Program-made: the position numbers and the translations under genes
Shown: in pieces, positions 56,777 to 64,000 of the stretch
Layout of the letters: every line of letters begins with the position of its first letter
Numbering within the stretch: position 1 is the first letter of the stretch
The notes under the pieces: model-generated
Seen by the model: the letters and a program-made list of their open reading frames with translations, nothing else
What the model was told of the DNA's origin: nothing
The model's database searches: none
NCBI GenBank assembly: GCA_963749345.1
Contig: CAVVMO010000004.1
Coordinates: 286,047-350,046 of the forward strand
DNA: 64,000 nucleotides
Direction: 5' to 3'
Origin: an uncultured Bacteroidales bacterium
GTDB lineage: Bacteria; Bacteroidota; Bacteroidia; Bacteroidales; JAADJA01

Positions 56777-56998
56777 TTAATATTCATCCTCATGGAAGAA
56801 AAAGTCTTCCTTGGTTGGATACTCAGGCCAGATATCTTCAATGCTATCATAAATCTCACCTTCATCCTCTATTTCTTTGAGATTTTCTATTACCTCCATA
56901 GGGGCACCAGATCTGATAGCATAATCAATCAGCTCATCTTTTGTAGCTGGCCAGGGGGCATCCTCTAACTTCGAAGCTAATTCAAGTGTCCAGTACAT
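56777..56998 (-). CDS. DUF2795 domain-containing protein
   Basis: 73 aa. The motif WPATKDELIDYAIRSGAPMEVIENLKEIED is typical of DUF2795. Confidence 0.7.
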   Translation of the reverse strand: MYWTLELASKLEDAPWPATKDELIDYAIRSGAPMEVIENLKEIEDEGEIYDSIEDIWPEYPTKEDFFFHEDEY

Positions 56999-57094
56999 TT
57001 CCTGATGATTTAAGGTTTAAATTTTTGCAAAAATAATTTTTTTTAGAACAAATCAAACAAAATGAAAAAAAATACAATTCTTTATTGTTACCTC

Positions 57095-57655
57095 CTATTT
57101 ACTGGTCTTCCAAAGTATCTCTTCAACATCCAGATCATGTGTGAAACGTCTTCCCAGAACAAAAAAATAATCCGAAAGCCGGTTCAGGTAAATAAGAATC
57201 GTTTCGTCTATGCTGAATTTCTCACTTAACCGGATTGATAATCGCTCTGCCCGTCTGCAAACTGTTCGTGCAATATGACAATAAGAAACCGCAGGGTGGC
57301 CTCCGGGTAAAATAAATGACTGAAGTTCGGGCAAACCGATATTCATTTCATCAATTTCCTTTTCCAAAGCCAAAACATCATGTGATGATATTAATGGTAA
57401 TCGATCAAGGTGTTCTTGCCGGTCTGCAGCAAGACGAGATTCAGCGATAAAAATTTTTTCCTGAATATTGAGAAGCACATTTTTGTAATGCTGATCCATG
57501 GGCTGATCTCTAAGCAAACCGATGAAAGAATTCAATTCGTCAAGTGTTCCGTAAACCTCTATTCGATCATGGTATTTACGAACTCTCGTTCCGCCTAACA
57601 GAGAAGTTTCGCCCTTATCACCTCCTTTTGTATATATTTTAAATTGATTGCTCAT
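57095..57655 (-). CDS. ATP:cob(I)alamin adenosyltransferase, PduO type
   Basis: 186 aa. IYTKGGDKGETSLLGGTRVRKYHDRIEVYGTLDELNSFIG is the canonical PduO-type N-terminus. Confidence 0.88.
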   Translation of the reverse strand: MSNQFKIYTKGGDKGETSLLGGTRVRKYHDRIEVYGTLDELNSFIGLLRDQPMDQHYKNVLLNIQEKIFIAESRLAADRQEHLDRLPLISSHDVLALEKEIDEMNIGLPELQSFILPGGHPAVSYCHIARTVCRRAERLSIRLSEKFSIDETILIYLNRLSDYFFVLGRRFTHDLDVEEILWKTSK

Positions 57656-57702
57656 TGCATTAATAACCTCAAATTTTAAAAATTGTTAGAACGAAGTTGT
57701 TT

Positions 57703-58431
57703 TTATTTCGGTTCAAGCTGATAATGAGCCATGGTTCTTATGTTCTTATTCAACTCATCCGTTTCGACTTTCCCATCTATCAGCCTGATGATCCTGTGAG
57801 CATGACGCGCAATATCTTCTTCGTGAGTCACAACAATGATTGTATTACCGGCTTTGTGAATTTCTTCAAGTAATCCCATAATTTCGATTGAGGTTTTCGA
57901 ATCAAGGTTCCCTGTAGGCTCATCAGCGAGAATAATAGATGGGTGGTTGACAAGAGCTCTTGCAATTGCTACCCTTTGCCTTTGACCACCTGATAACTCA
58001 TTCGGTTTATGCAGGCTCCTGTCAGATAATTGAACCTGCTCAATTACCTCCTTTCCTCGTTCCAACCTCCTGGCTTTATTAAATCCGGCATAAATCAATG
58101 GGAGCATCACATTTTCCAGAGCCGTTGATCGGGGTAACAGATTAAAGGTTTGGAAAACAAATCCGATTTCTTTATTTCTGATCTCTGCTAAACTATTGTC
58201 ATCCATTTTACTCACGTCCTTGCCATTTAACCAGTACTGTCCACTGGTTGGGGTATCAAGACATCCCAGCAAATTCATTAGTGTTGATTTTCCCGAGCCT
58301 GACGGGCCCATCAGCGCAACAAATTCATTTTTTTCCATGGTGAGCGATATCCCCTGCAGTGCTCTGACAATTTCAGTACCTACTTTAAAGTTTCTTTTTA
58401 TATCAACTAACCTGATTACTTCTTGTTTCAT
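57703..58431 (-). CDS. ABC transporter ATP-binding protein (MacB/LolD-type)
   Basis: 242 aa. Walker [10 protein letters not shown], signature [15 protein letters not shown], Walker [12 protein letters not shown]. Confidence 0.9.
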   Translation of the reverse strand: MKQEVIRLVDIKRNFKVGTEIVRALQGISLTMEKNEFVALMGPSGSGKSTLMNLLGCLDTPTSGQYWLNGKDVSKMDDNSLAEIRNKEIGFVFQTFNLLPRSTALENVMLPLIYAGFNKARRLERGKEVIEQVQLSDRSLHKPNELSGGQRQRVAIARALVNHPSIILADEPTGNLDSKTSIEIMGLLEEIHKAGNTIIVVTHEEDIARHAHRIIRLIDGKVETDELNKNIRTMAHYQLEPK

Positions 58432-58467
58432 AGCGGAATGATTGAGTCAAACAAAGATATAATAAAT

Positions 58468-59253
58468 TCAAAACCGGATAATAAAATGTTGCTTTGTCAA
58501 TTCTTTCTTAAAAAAAACAATTCCCATAAAGAAAATGTCGACCGATAATGTCACCGATGGATGATTACGGATATAATTCCAGGCCTCCTCCATCCCATCG
58601 GACCAATGGATATCATCGAAAACAAAAACTGTTTCATTAACTGTTTTAGTTAAACATTGTTCAAAGTATTTTATTGTGGGTTCTTTTTTATGATTGCCAT
58701 CAATGAAAACAAAATCAATACGATCGGTGGAGTTTAAAACACCGGGCAATTCATTGTCAAAACTTCCATTTATCACGGTGATATTACGAATACCAAGCTT
58801 ATTAAAATTTTTCTGAGCCAAATCGGCTATATTAGGGCAGCCTTCTATAGTAATAACCTTCGTTTCAGAATTTACAAGTGCCAGGTAGGCCGTGCTAAAT
58901 CCCAATGATGTTCCAAGTTCAAGAATTATTGACGGTTTGAAATAATCAACCAGACGAAACAATAGTCTCCCATACTTTTTTGGTTTGGAAGAATTTCGGG
59001 CAACAATACCGATCCTCCGTTCTTTTCCTTTGCCGGAAACAGATCCTGCACCTAGGTCGGTAACGGCAATAGTTCTTTTATCACTTACCAATTGATCCTT
59101 TAATGCTTCAATTTTTAGACAATTAGCATCGATGGACTTGTTTTTAAAAACCCTGGTTACGAGATCGAATAAAAATGGAGGGTGAACTCCATAACTCGTA
59201 GTCGAGCAGTATAGATAGTGAATGTATCTTATTAAAAGAGCCAGCTTTTGCAT
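58468..59253 (-). CDS. class I SAM-dependent (O-)methyltransferase
   Basis: The ATG at 59253 (MQKLALLIRY...) is preferred over the track start at 59301. SAM-binding ILELGTSLGFSTAYLA and DFVFIDGNHKKEPTIKYFE are present. Confidence 0.75.
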   Translation of the reverse strand: MQKLALLIRYIHYLYCSTTSYGVHPPFLFDLVTRVFKNKSIDANCLKIEALKDQLVSDKRTIAVTDLGAGSVSGKGKERRIGIVARNSSKPKKYGRLLFRLVDYFKPSIILELGTSLGFSTAYLALVNSETKVITIEGCPNIADLAQKNFNKLGIRNITVINGSFDNELPGVLNSTDRIDFVFIDGNHKKEPTIKYFEQCLTKTVNETVFVFDDIHWSDGMEEAWNYIRNHPSVTLSVDIFFMGIVFFKKELTKQHFIIRF

Positions 59254-59374
59254 AAAGCAAATGTAATCAATAAAACAAAAAGTTATATTGCAAAAAAACA
59301 TCTGAGATTTTTAACCATTTAAAGGCCCGTTAAAAATTGTACTTTTGAACGCTGTTGTCATTATTATTGGAATA

Positions 59375-60646
59375 ATGCTCGAAAAGTTTCAAAAATCTGA
59401 ATTTACAAGGAATGTATTTACCCTGACCAGTGGAACTGCTATTGCTCAAGCAATTCCAGTCGTACTTTCACCAGTACTTAGCCGTTTATATTCGCCGGAA
59501 GATTTTGGGATCCTAGCCTTGTTTATGTCGGTTGCTGCTGTTTTATCTGTGATTGCTACAGGTAGATATGAACTGGCCATCATGATTCCTGAAAATAAAA
59601 AAGATGCCTACAATGTACTTGCTATTTCGCTTTTGATCTCTTTTGTTACAGGCATCCTTGCACTTATACTGGTTCTGCTTTTGCGGAAGCCAGCTGTTGT
59701 ATTTTTTGATGAACCAAATATTGGCCCTTGGTTTTTCCTGATTCCGGTTGTAGTATTATTTGCCGGGATTTATCAATCTTTCAATTATTGGTCGACACGA
59801 CAAAAGACCTTTAAATTAAATGCGGTAAGCAGGGTTTCGCAATCAACGACAAACGTAATCACCAGCCTTGGTTTAGGCATTGCTAAAGCAGGTCCCGCCG
59901 GATTGATTGCCGGATTCATCATAGGCCAGGTTTTTGCCGGGCTTATCCTCATGGTTAATTTTTTTAAAAACATGAAAGAGTTTTTCGTCCAGGTTTCATT
60001 GCAAGACATGAAAGCAAATGCGCATAAATACAGAAGTTTTCTCCGAATAAACACACCTCATGCTTTTATTGATTCGTTGCAGGACAATGGAATTGTTTAT
60101 GTGATCATGTATTTCTTTTCAAAAATGATATTGGGCTCCTATTCGTTTGCATACCGTTTGCTTAAACTTCCCGTGGGTTTAATCGGAGGTTCGATATACC
60201 AGGTTTTCTACCAGAAAGCTTCAGAATTGGCTAAAAAAGGAGAAGATATTCGACCGATGATTTTAAAAATATACAAGCGTTTATTCGGATGGGGATTGCC
60301 ATTTTTTATTATTCTCTTTTTATTCACTCCTGCGATTTTCGGTTTTATCTTTGGAGAAAATTACAGGACATCGGGAGAGATTGCAAGGATTCTGATTCCG
60401 TGGATCTTCATCAATTTCATTGTTTCGCCTGTTTCATGCGTGGCCCTGATTAAAAATAAGCAAAAGCAGGCCATGTATTTTACCTTTGCGGATATTACTT
60501 TTAAGTTGACATCAATCATTATTGGTGGTATTTTTGAGAATTATTTCCTTGCATTTGTGATAATGAGCATACTGTGTAGTTTACTTCTGTCTTATGCCTG
60601 TTATTGGTATTATCAGATAGCAGGAACCAATCATTCATATTCATAA
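59375..60646 (+). CDS. oligosaccharide flippase (Wzx/MOP family)
   Basis: The ORF starts at TTG 59345; the first ATG at 59375 gives MLEKFQKSEFTRNVFTLTSGTAIAQAIPV. About 12 TM segments, typical polysaccharide-biosynthesis flippase architecture. Confidence 0.75.
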   Translation: MLEKFQKSEFTRNVFTLTSGTAIAQAIPVVLSPVLSRLYSPEDFGILALFMSVAAVLSVIATGRYELAIMIPENKKDAYNVLAISLLISFVTGILALILVLLLRKPAVVFFDEPNIGPWFFLIPVVVLFAGIYQSFNYWSTRQKTFKLNAVSRVSQSTTNVITSLGLGIAKAGPAGLIAGFIIGQVFAGLILMVNFFKNMKEFFVQVSLQDMKANAHKYRSFLRINTPHAFIDSLQDNGIVYVIMYFFSKMILGSYSFAYRLLKLPVGLIGGSIYQVFYQKASELAKKGEDIRPMILKIYKRLFGWGLPFFIILFLFTPAIFGFIFGENYRTSGEIARILIPWIFINFIVSPVSCVALIKNKQKQAMYFTFADITFKLTSIIIGGIFENYFLAFVIMSILCSLLLSYACYWYYQIAGTNHSYS

Positions 60647-60690
60647 ATCAAATAAGAGTGTCATTAAAATATTATATCAATAAGGCAATC

Positions 60691-61233
60691 ATGCGAGTTT
60701 GCAAACCCAGAATGATTTGGGGATATAAAACACCCGATGGGAAATTCCTCAAGAATGTTAGAATAAGCAGTTCAACCTTTATTGACCATCACAAACATCT
60801 ATTTATTGAGGATCATGTTTTCATTGGACATTTTAATTTTATTGAAGCAAGCAATAACGTGATCATCGGAGAGGGTTGTCAGATTACCAATTTTATCACT
60901 ATCACAACGCATTCAAGTCACCTATCTTTAAGGTTGTATGGAAAAGAGTATATAAACCACCCTAATCCAATAGGATATGAAAAGGGATCGGTTGAAATCG
61001 GAAAGTACAGTTTTATTGGTCCACATTCTGTTATCATGCCAGATTCTGCCATTGGCAAAGGATCGCTGGTTGCAGCCTATAGCCTGGTTAAAGGTTCCTT
61101 TCCGGATTTTTCTGTAATCCGGGGAAACCCTGCAAAAGTAGTTGGAGATACACGGGAAATGGACCGACAATTTCTGAATGAGCATCCTGAATTACGATCA
61201 TTTTACGAAGCCTGGAGCCAGGATAAATCCTGA
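60691..61233 (+). CDS. hexapeptide-repeat (LbH) acyl/acetyltransferase
   Basis: The ATG at 60691 gives MRVCKPRMIWGYK. Hexapeptide-like turns are IGHFNFIEASNNVIIGEGCQITNF and IGPHSVIMPDSAIGKGSLVAAYSLV. Confidence 0.7.
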   Translation: MRVCKPRMIWGYKTPDGKFLKNVRISSSTFIDHHKHLFIEDHVFIGHFNFIEASNNVIIGEGCQITNFITITTHSSHLSLRLYGKEYINHPNPIGYEKGSVEIGKYSFIGPHSVIMPDSAIGKGSLVAAYSLVKGSFPDFSVIRGNPAKVVGDTREMDRQFLNEHPELRSFYEAWSQDKS

Positions 61234-61239
61234 ATTCAC

Positions 61240-62277
61240 ATGAGATTATTAATCGTAGGACCAAATAGCATACACCTTTCCAACTTTATACAGCTCATTG
61301 AAGGATTTATTGATGATTTTCTGTTTTTAACAGATTCGCCTCCAAAAGATCAGGCCCAAAACTTTAGACTTGTCAACTTCTCAATAAAAAATCCATTAAA
61401 AATAAGGAAGTCCATTAAGGAGATGAATAGAATAATCCGGGATTACAATCCTGATCTCATTCATGTTCACGAGGCGGGTACACATGCATTTCTTGTTTTA
61501 CAAGCTGTTGGAGCAAGAATCCCTGTGATTGTGACCGCCTGGGGTAGCGACATTCTCCTTGTACCTAAACGCGGCTGGTTAAGTAAAAAAATGGTGCAAT
61601 TCATTCTGCGGAGAGCAAAAGGTATTACTTCGGACTCTATTCATATGGCTGAGGTCATGAAAAGCCTTGTACCTGATTTAAAGCCTGACATTACAATCGT
61701 AAACTACGGTATCGACGAAATTGCACCGAAAAAAAATAAGGAAAAGCTCTTTTATTCGAACCGGCTTCATGATCAGCTTTACAGAATAGATAAAATACTT
61801 GAATCGTTTAAAAGATTTTTAGAAGCTTCCAGGGATAGCGGCTTTAAACTTGTAATCGCCGGTGAGGGAAAGGAAACAGAAAATCTTAAAAAACTCGCAG
61901 CCGAATTAGGTATCAGCGAATCGGTTGAATTTACAGGGTGGCTTGATAAAAAATCTAACCAGGAATATTATTGCAGAGCTATGTGTTTTATTTCTATTCC
62001 GGGGTCGGATGCAACATCCATCAGCCTTCTCGAGGCCATGTCAGCCGGGTGTATTCCTATAGTCTCAGATCTTCCGGCTAACCGGGAGTGGATTATAAAT
62101 GGGGAAAACGGAATCATCGTCAATGATCTTAATGAGAACTTCCTGGAAAAGGCAATTAATTTAAATGCTGACAACGTTAAAAGAATTAACCGGGATTTGT
62201 TTTTGGAGAAAGCTTCAAAAAATATCAACCGGGATAAATTTCTTCGGCTATACAAACAAATCCTGATGGAAAAATAA
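61240..62277 (+). CDS. glycosyltransferase family 4 (GT-B)
   Basis: 345 aa. C-terminal EAMSAGCIPIVSDLPANREWI..GENG is the E-x7-E-type GT4 motif. Confidence 0.8.
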   Translation: MRLLIVGPNSIHLSNFIQLIEGFIDDFLFLTDSPPKDQAQNFRLVNFSIKNPLKIRKSIKEMNRIIRDYNPDLIHVHEAGTHAFLVLQAVGARIPVIVTAWGSDILLVPKRGWLSKKMVQFILRRAKGITSDSIHMAEVMKSLVPDLKPDITIVNYGIDEIAPKKNKEKLFYSNRLHDQLYRIDKILESFKRFLEASRDSGFKLVIAGEGKETENLKKLAAELGISESVEFTGWLDKKSNQEYYCRAMCFISIPGSDATSISLLEAMSAGCIPIVSDLPANREWIINGENGIIVNDLNENFLEKAINLNADNVKRINRDLFLEKASKNINRDKFLRLYKQILMEK

Positions 62278-63368
62278 TGAAAATTTGCCATCTGACATCA
62301 GTGCATCACCGTAACGATACCCGGATTTTTATTAAAGAAATTCCGGCACTGGTTCTTTCGGGATATGAGGTAATTGCAGTTGTTGCAGATGGGAAAGGTT
62401 ATGAGAAAAGACAAGGCTTTGAGATATTTGATGCTGGGGCAGAAAGTTCCCGGCTTAGAAGAATATTTATTTCTGCCCGAAATGTGTACAGGAAAGCAAT
62501 TGAAATCAATGCTGATGTTTACCATTTCCATGACCCGGAATTGATTCCTGCAGGAAAGAAACTACTCTGCCAAGGAAAAAAAGTGATCTATGATGTGCAT
62601 GAAGATGTACCACGCGACATTGTCTCAAAGGATTGGATTCCGAAATTTTTACGTTTAGCTGTGGCCGGACTGTTTGAAAGTTATGAAAACAAAGCTGCAT
62701 CCCTGTTTAACTGCATCATTACCGCAACGCCAATGATTTATTTTCGGTTTCAAAAAGTGAATGAAAATATTGTCAACATAAATAATTTTCCGATCAAAGA
62801 TGAATTAAATACGCTAACGAGTGAAGTCAGGAAGGAAAGGATAGTGACGTATATAGGTGAAATAACAAGAATCAGGGGAGCTATGGAAATGATAAAGGCG
62901 ATGGACTTTGTAAATGGGAAATTGTACCTGGCCGGGCCTTATGAATCGGAATCTTTTAGGAGGGAATTAAAAAACCTGAGAGGGTGGGAAAAGGTGAAGG
63001 AATTTGGTTTTATCTCCAGGTTGCAGGCAAAAGAAATTCTCGGGGAAAGCAGCGCAGGCCTTGTTATTTTTCACCCCGAACCCAATCACATCAATGCACA
63101 ACCGAATAAAATATTCGAATATATGTCGGCAGGTATTCCGGTAATTGGTTCCGATTTTCCTTTGTGGAGAGAGATCATTGAAGGTAACCAAACCGGAATG
63201 TGTGTTGACCCTTTGAATCCTGAAGCTATCGCGCTGTTAATTAACTTCCTGTTTGAAAACCCTGAAGAAGCAAAAAGAATGGGGTTAAATGGCATAAAAG
63301 CAATCCGTGAAAAATTCAATTGGGAAGCTGAAGTAGAAAAACTCATCGAAGTATATCAAAATATCTGA
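62277..63368 (+). CDS. glycosyltransferase family 4 (GT-B)
   Basis: 363 aa. The start overlaps the upstream stop (TAATG). MKICHLTSVHHRNDTRIF and FEYMSAGIPVIGSDFPLWREII..NQTG are present. Confidence 0.8.
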   Translation: MKICHLTSVHHRNDTRIFIKEIPALVLSGYEVIAVVADGKGYEKRQGFEIFDAGAESSRLRRIFISARNVYRKAIEINADVYHFHDPELIPAGKKLLCQGKKVIYDVHEDVPRDIVSKDWIPKFLRLAVAGLFESYENKAASLFNCIITATPMIYFRFQKVNENIVNINNFPIKDELNTLTSEVRKERIVTYIGEITRIRGAMEMIKAMDFVNGKLYLAGPYESESFRRELKNLRGWEKVKEFGFISRLQAKEILGESSAGLVIFHPEPNHINAQPNKIFEYMSAGIPVIGSDFPLWREIIEGNQTGMCVDPLNPEAIALLINFLFENPEEAKRMGLNGIKAIREKFNWEAEVEKLIEVYQNI

Positions 63369-63372
63369 TTTA

Positions 63373-64000
63373 ATGGATCCGCTCATATCGATTATCACTC
63401 CTGTTTACAATGCAAGTCCTTTTCTAAAGGAGACCATTAATTCAGTAAAGGATCAAACCTTCAAAGATTGGGAATGGATTATAGTTGACGATTGTTCTAC
63501 CGATTCAAGCGTTGACATTATAACTTCATTTGCATCCGACGATAGCCGAATTCATTTGATCCGGCTTGATATTAATTCGGGAACGGGTGTTGCCAAGAAT
63601 ACAGCCCTCAGGCATGCCAGAGGAAGATTTATTACATTTATTGACAGCGATGACCTCTGGAAGCCCGAAAAACTTGAATTGCAGGTTAATTTTATGATGG
63701 ATAACAACCATCCGATCAGCTTCACCTCTTATGTGCTAATGGATCAGTCAGGTCGTGATAAAGATAAAATAATATCTGTGAAATCCTCTGTGAATCAGCA
63801 CCAATACCTGAAAAATACTATCATAGGATTTTCAACCTCAATGATCGATAAGAACATTACCGGATCGTTTGAATTCATCGGATTGAGGTCAAGAGAAGAT
63901 ACCCATTTATGGATCACACTTCTTGGTAAAGGCTTTATAGCCTATGGCTTAAATAAAGTTATGACCCGCTATCGGGTGCATGATCATTCTATTACATCAA
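63373..64000 (+). CDS. glycosyltransferase family 2 (3' end beyond the window)
   Basis: The ATG at 63373 gives MDPLISIITPVYNASPFLKETINSVKDQTFKDWEWIIVDDCSTDSS...FIDSDDLW (GT2 DxD region). The frame is still open at 64000. Confidence 0.85.
   Translation, partial: MDPLISIITPVYNASPFLKETINSVKDQTFKDWEWIIVDDCSTDSSVDIITSFASDDSRIHLIRLDINSGTGVAKNTALRHARGRFITFIDSDDLWKPEKLELQVNFMMDNNHPISFTSYVLMDQSGRDKDKIISVKSSVNQHQYLKNTIIGFSTSMIDKNITGSFEFIGLRSREDTHLWITLLGKGFIAYGLNKVMTRYRVHDHSITS

Overview
This 64-kb AT-rich chromosomal window reads as Bacteroidota. Five proteins carry type-A T9SS C-terminal sorting domains. TAnnTTTG -7 promoter boxes sit 20-70 nt upstream of many start codons. atpD-atpC lie apart from the other ATP synthase genes. 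ileS/dksA-like/lspA and coaX/OMP/TPR/lptC/gldE-like/ppiD occur as syntenic blocks. I call about 56 protein-coding genes, two of them interrupted by apparent +1 frameshifts, plus 2 tRNAs (Phe-GAA and initiator-type Met-CAT), several intrinsic terminators and several promoter boxes. I saw no CRISPR array, transposase, integrase or phage gene. Most of the window is housekeeping: upp, ileS, lspA, atpDC, coaX, era, der, manA, a POT transporter and a radical SAM gene. The stand-out region is 11.5-23.9 kb. It holds three tandem same-strand giant genes (1062, 1745 and 966 aa) for modular T9SS-secreted proteins. All three share one promoter/leader/signal-peptide cassette and one 3' UTR/terminator cassette, and their bodies are mosaics. 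Gene 2 carries the 5' module of gene 1 and the 3' 2.2 kb of gene 3, including a 1.25-kb tract that is virtually identical. That pattern suggests a self-recombining surface-protein array of unknown function. Other items worth a second look: an ECF sigma/anti-sigma operon with three tandem DUF4252 paralogs; a TlpA/beta-barrel/CXXC-lipoprotein operon; a fucP/mutarotase pair divergent from an unusual cytidylyltransferase-GHMP kinase fusion with operator-like repeats in between; frameshifted atpC; repeat-rich non-coding gaps at 5.1-5.6 kb, 47.6-48.2 kb and 52.6-53.0 kb; two sub-60-aa ORFs missed by the ORF track; and the start of a polysaccharide biosynthesis locus that runs off the right edge. All family assignments come from motif recognition by eye, with no database search.
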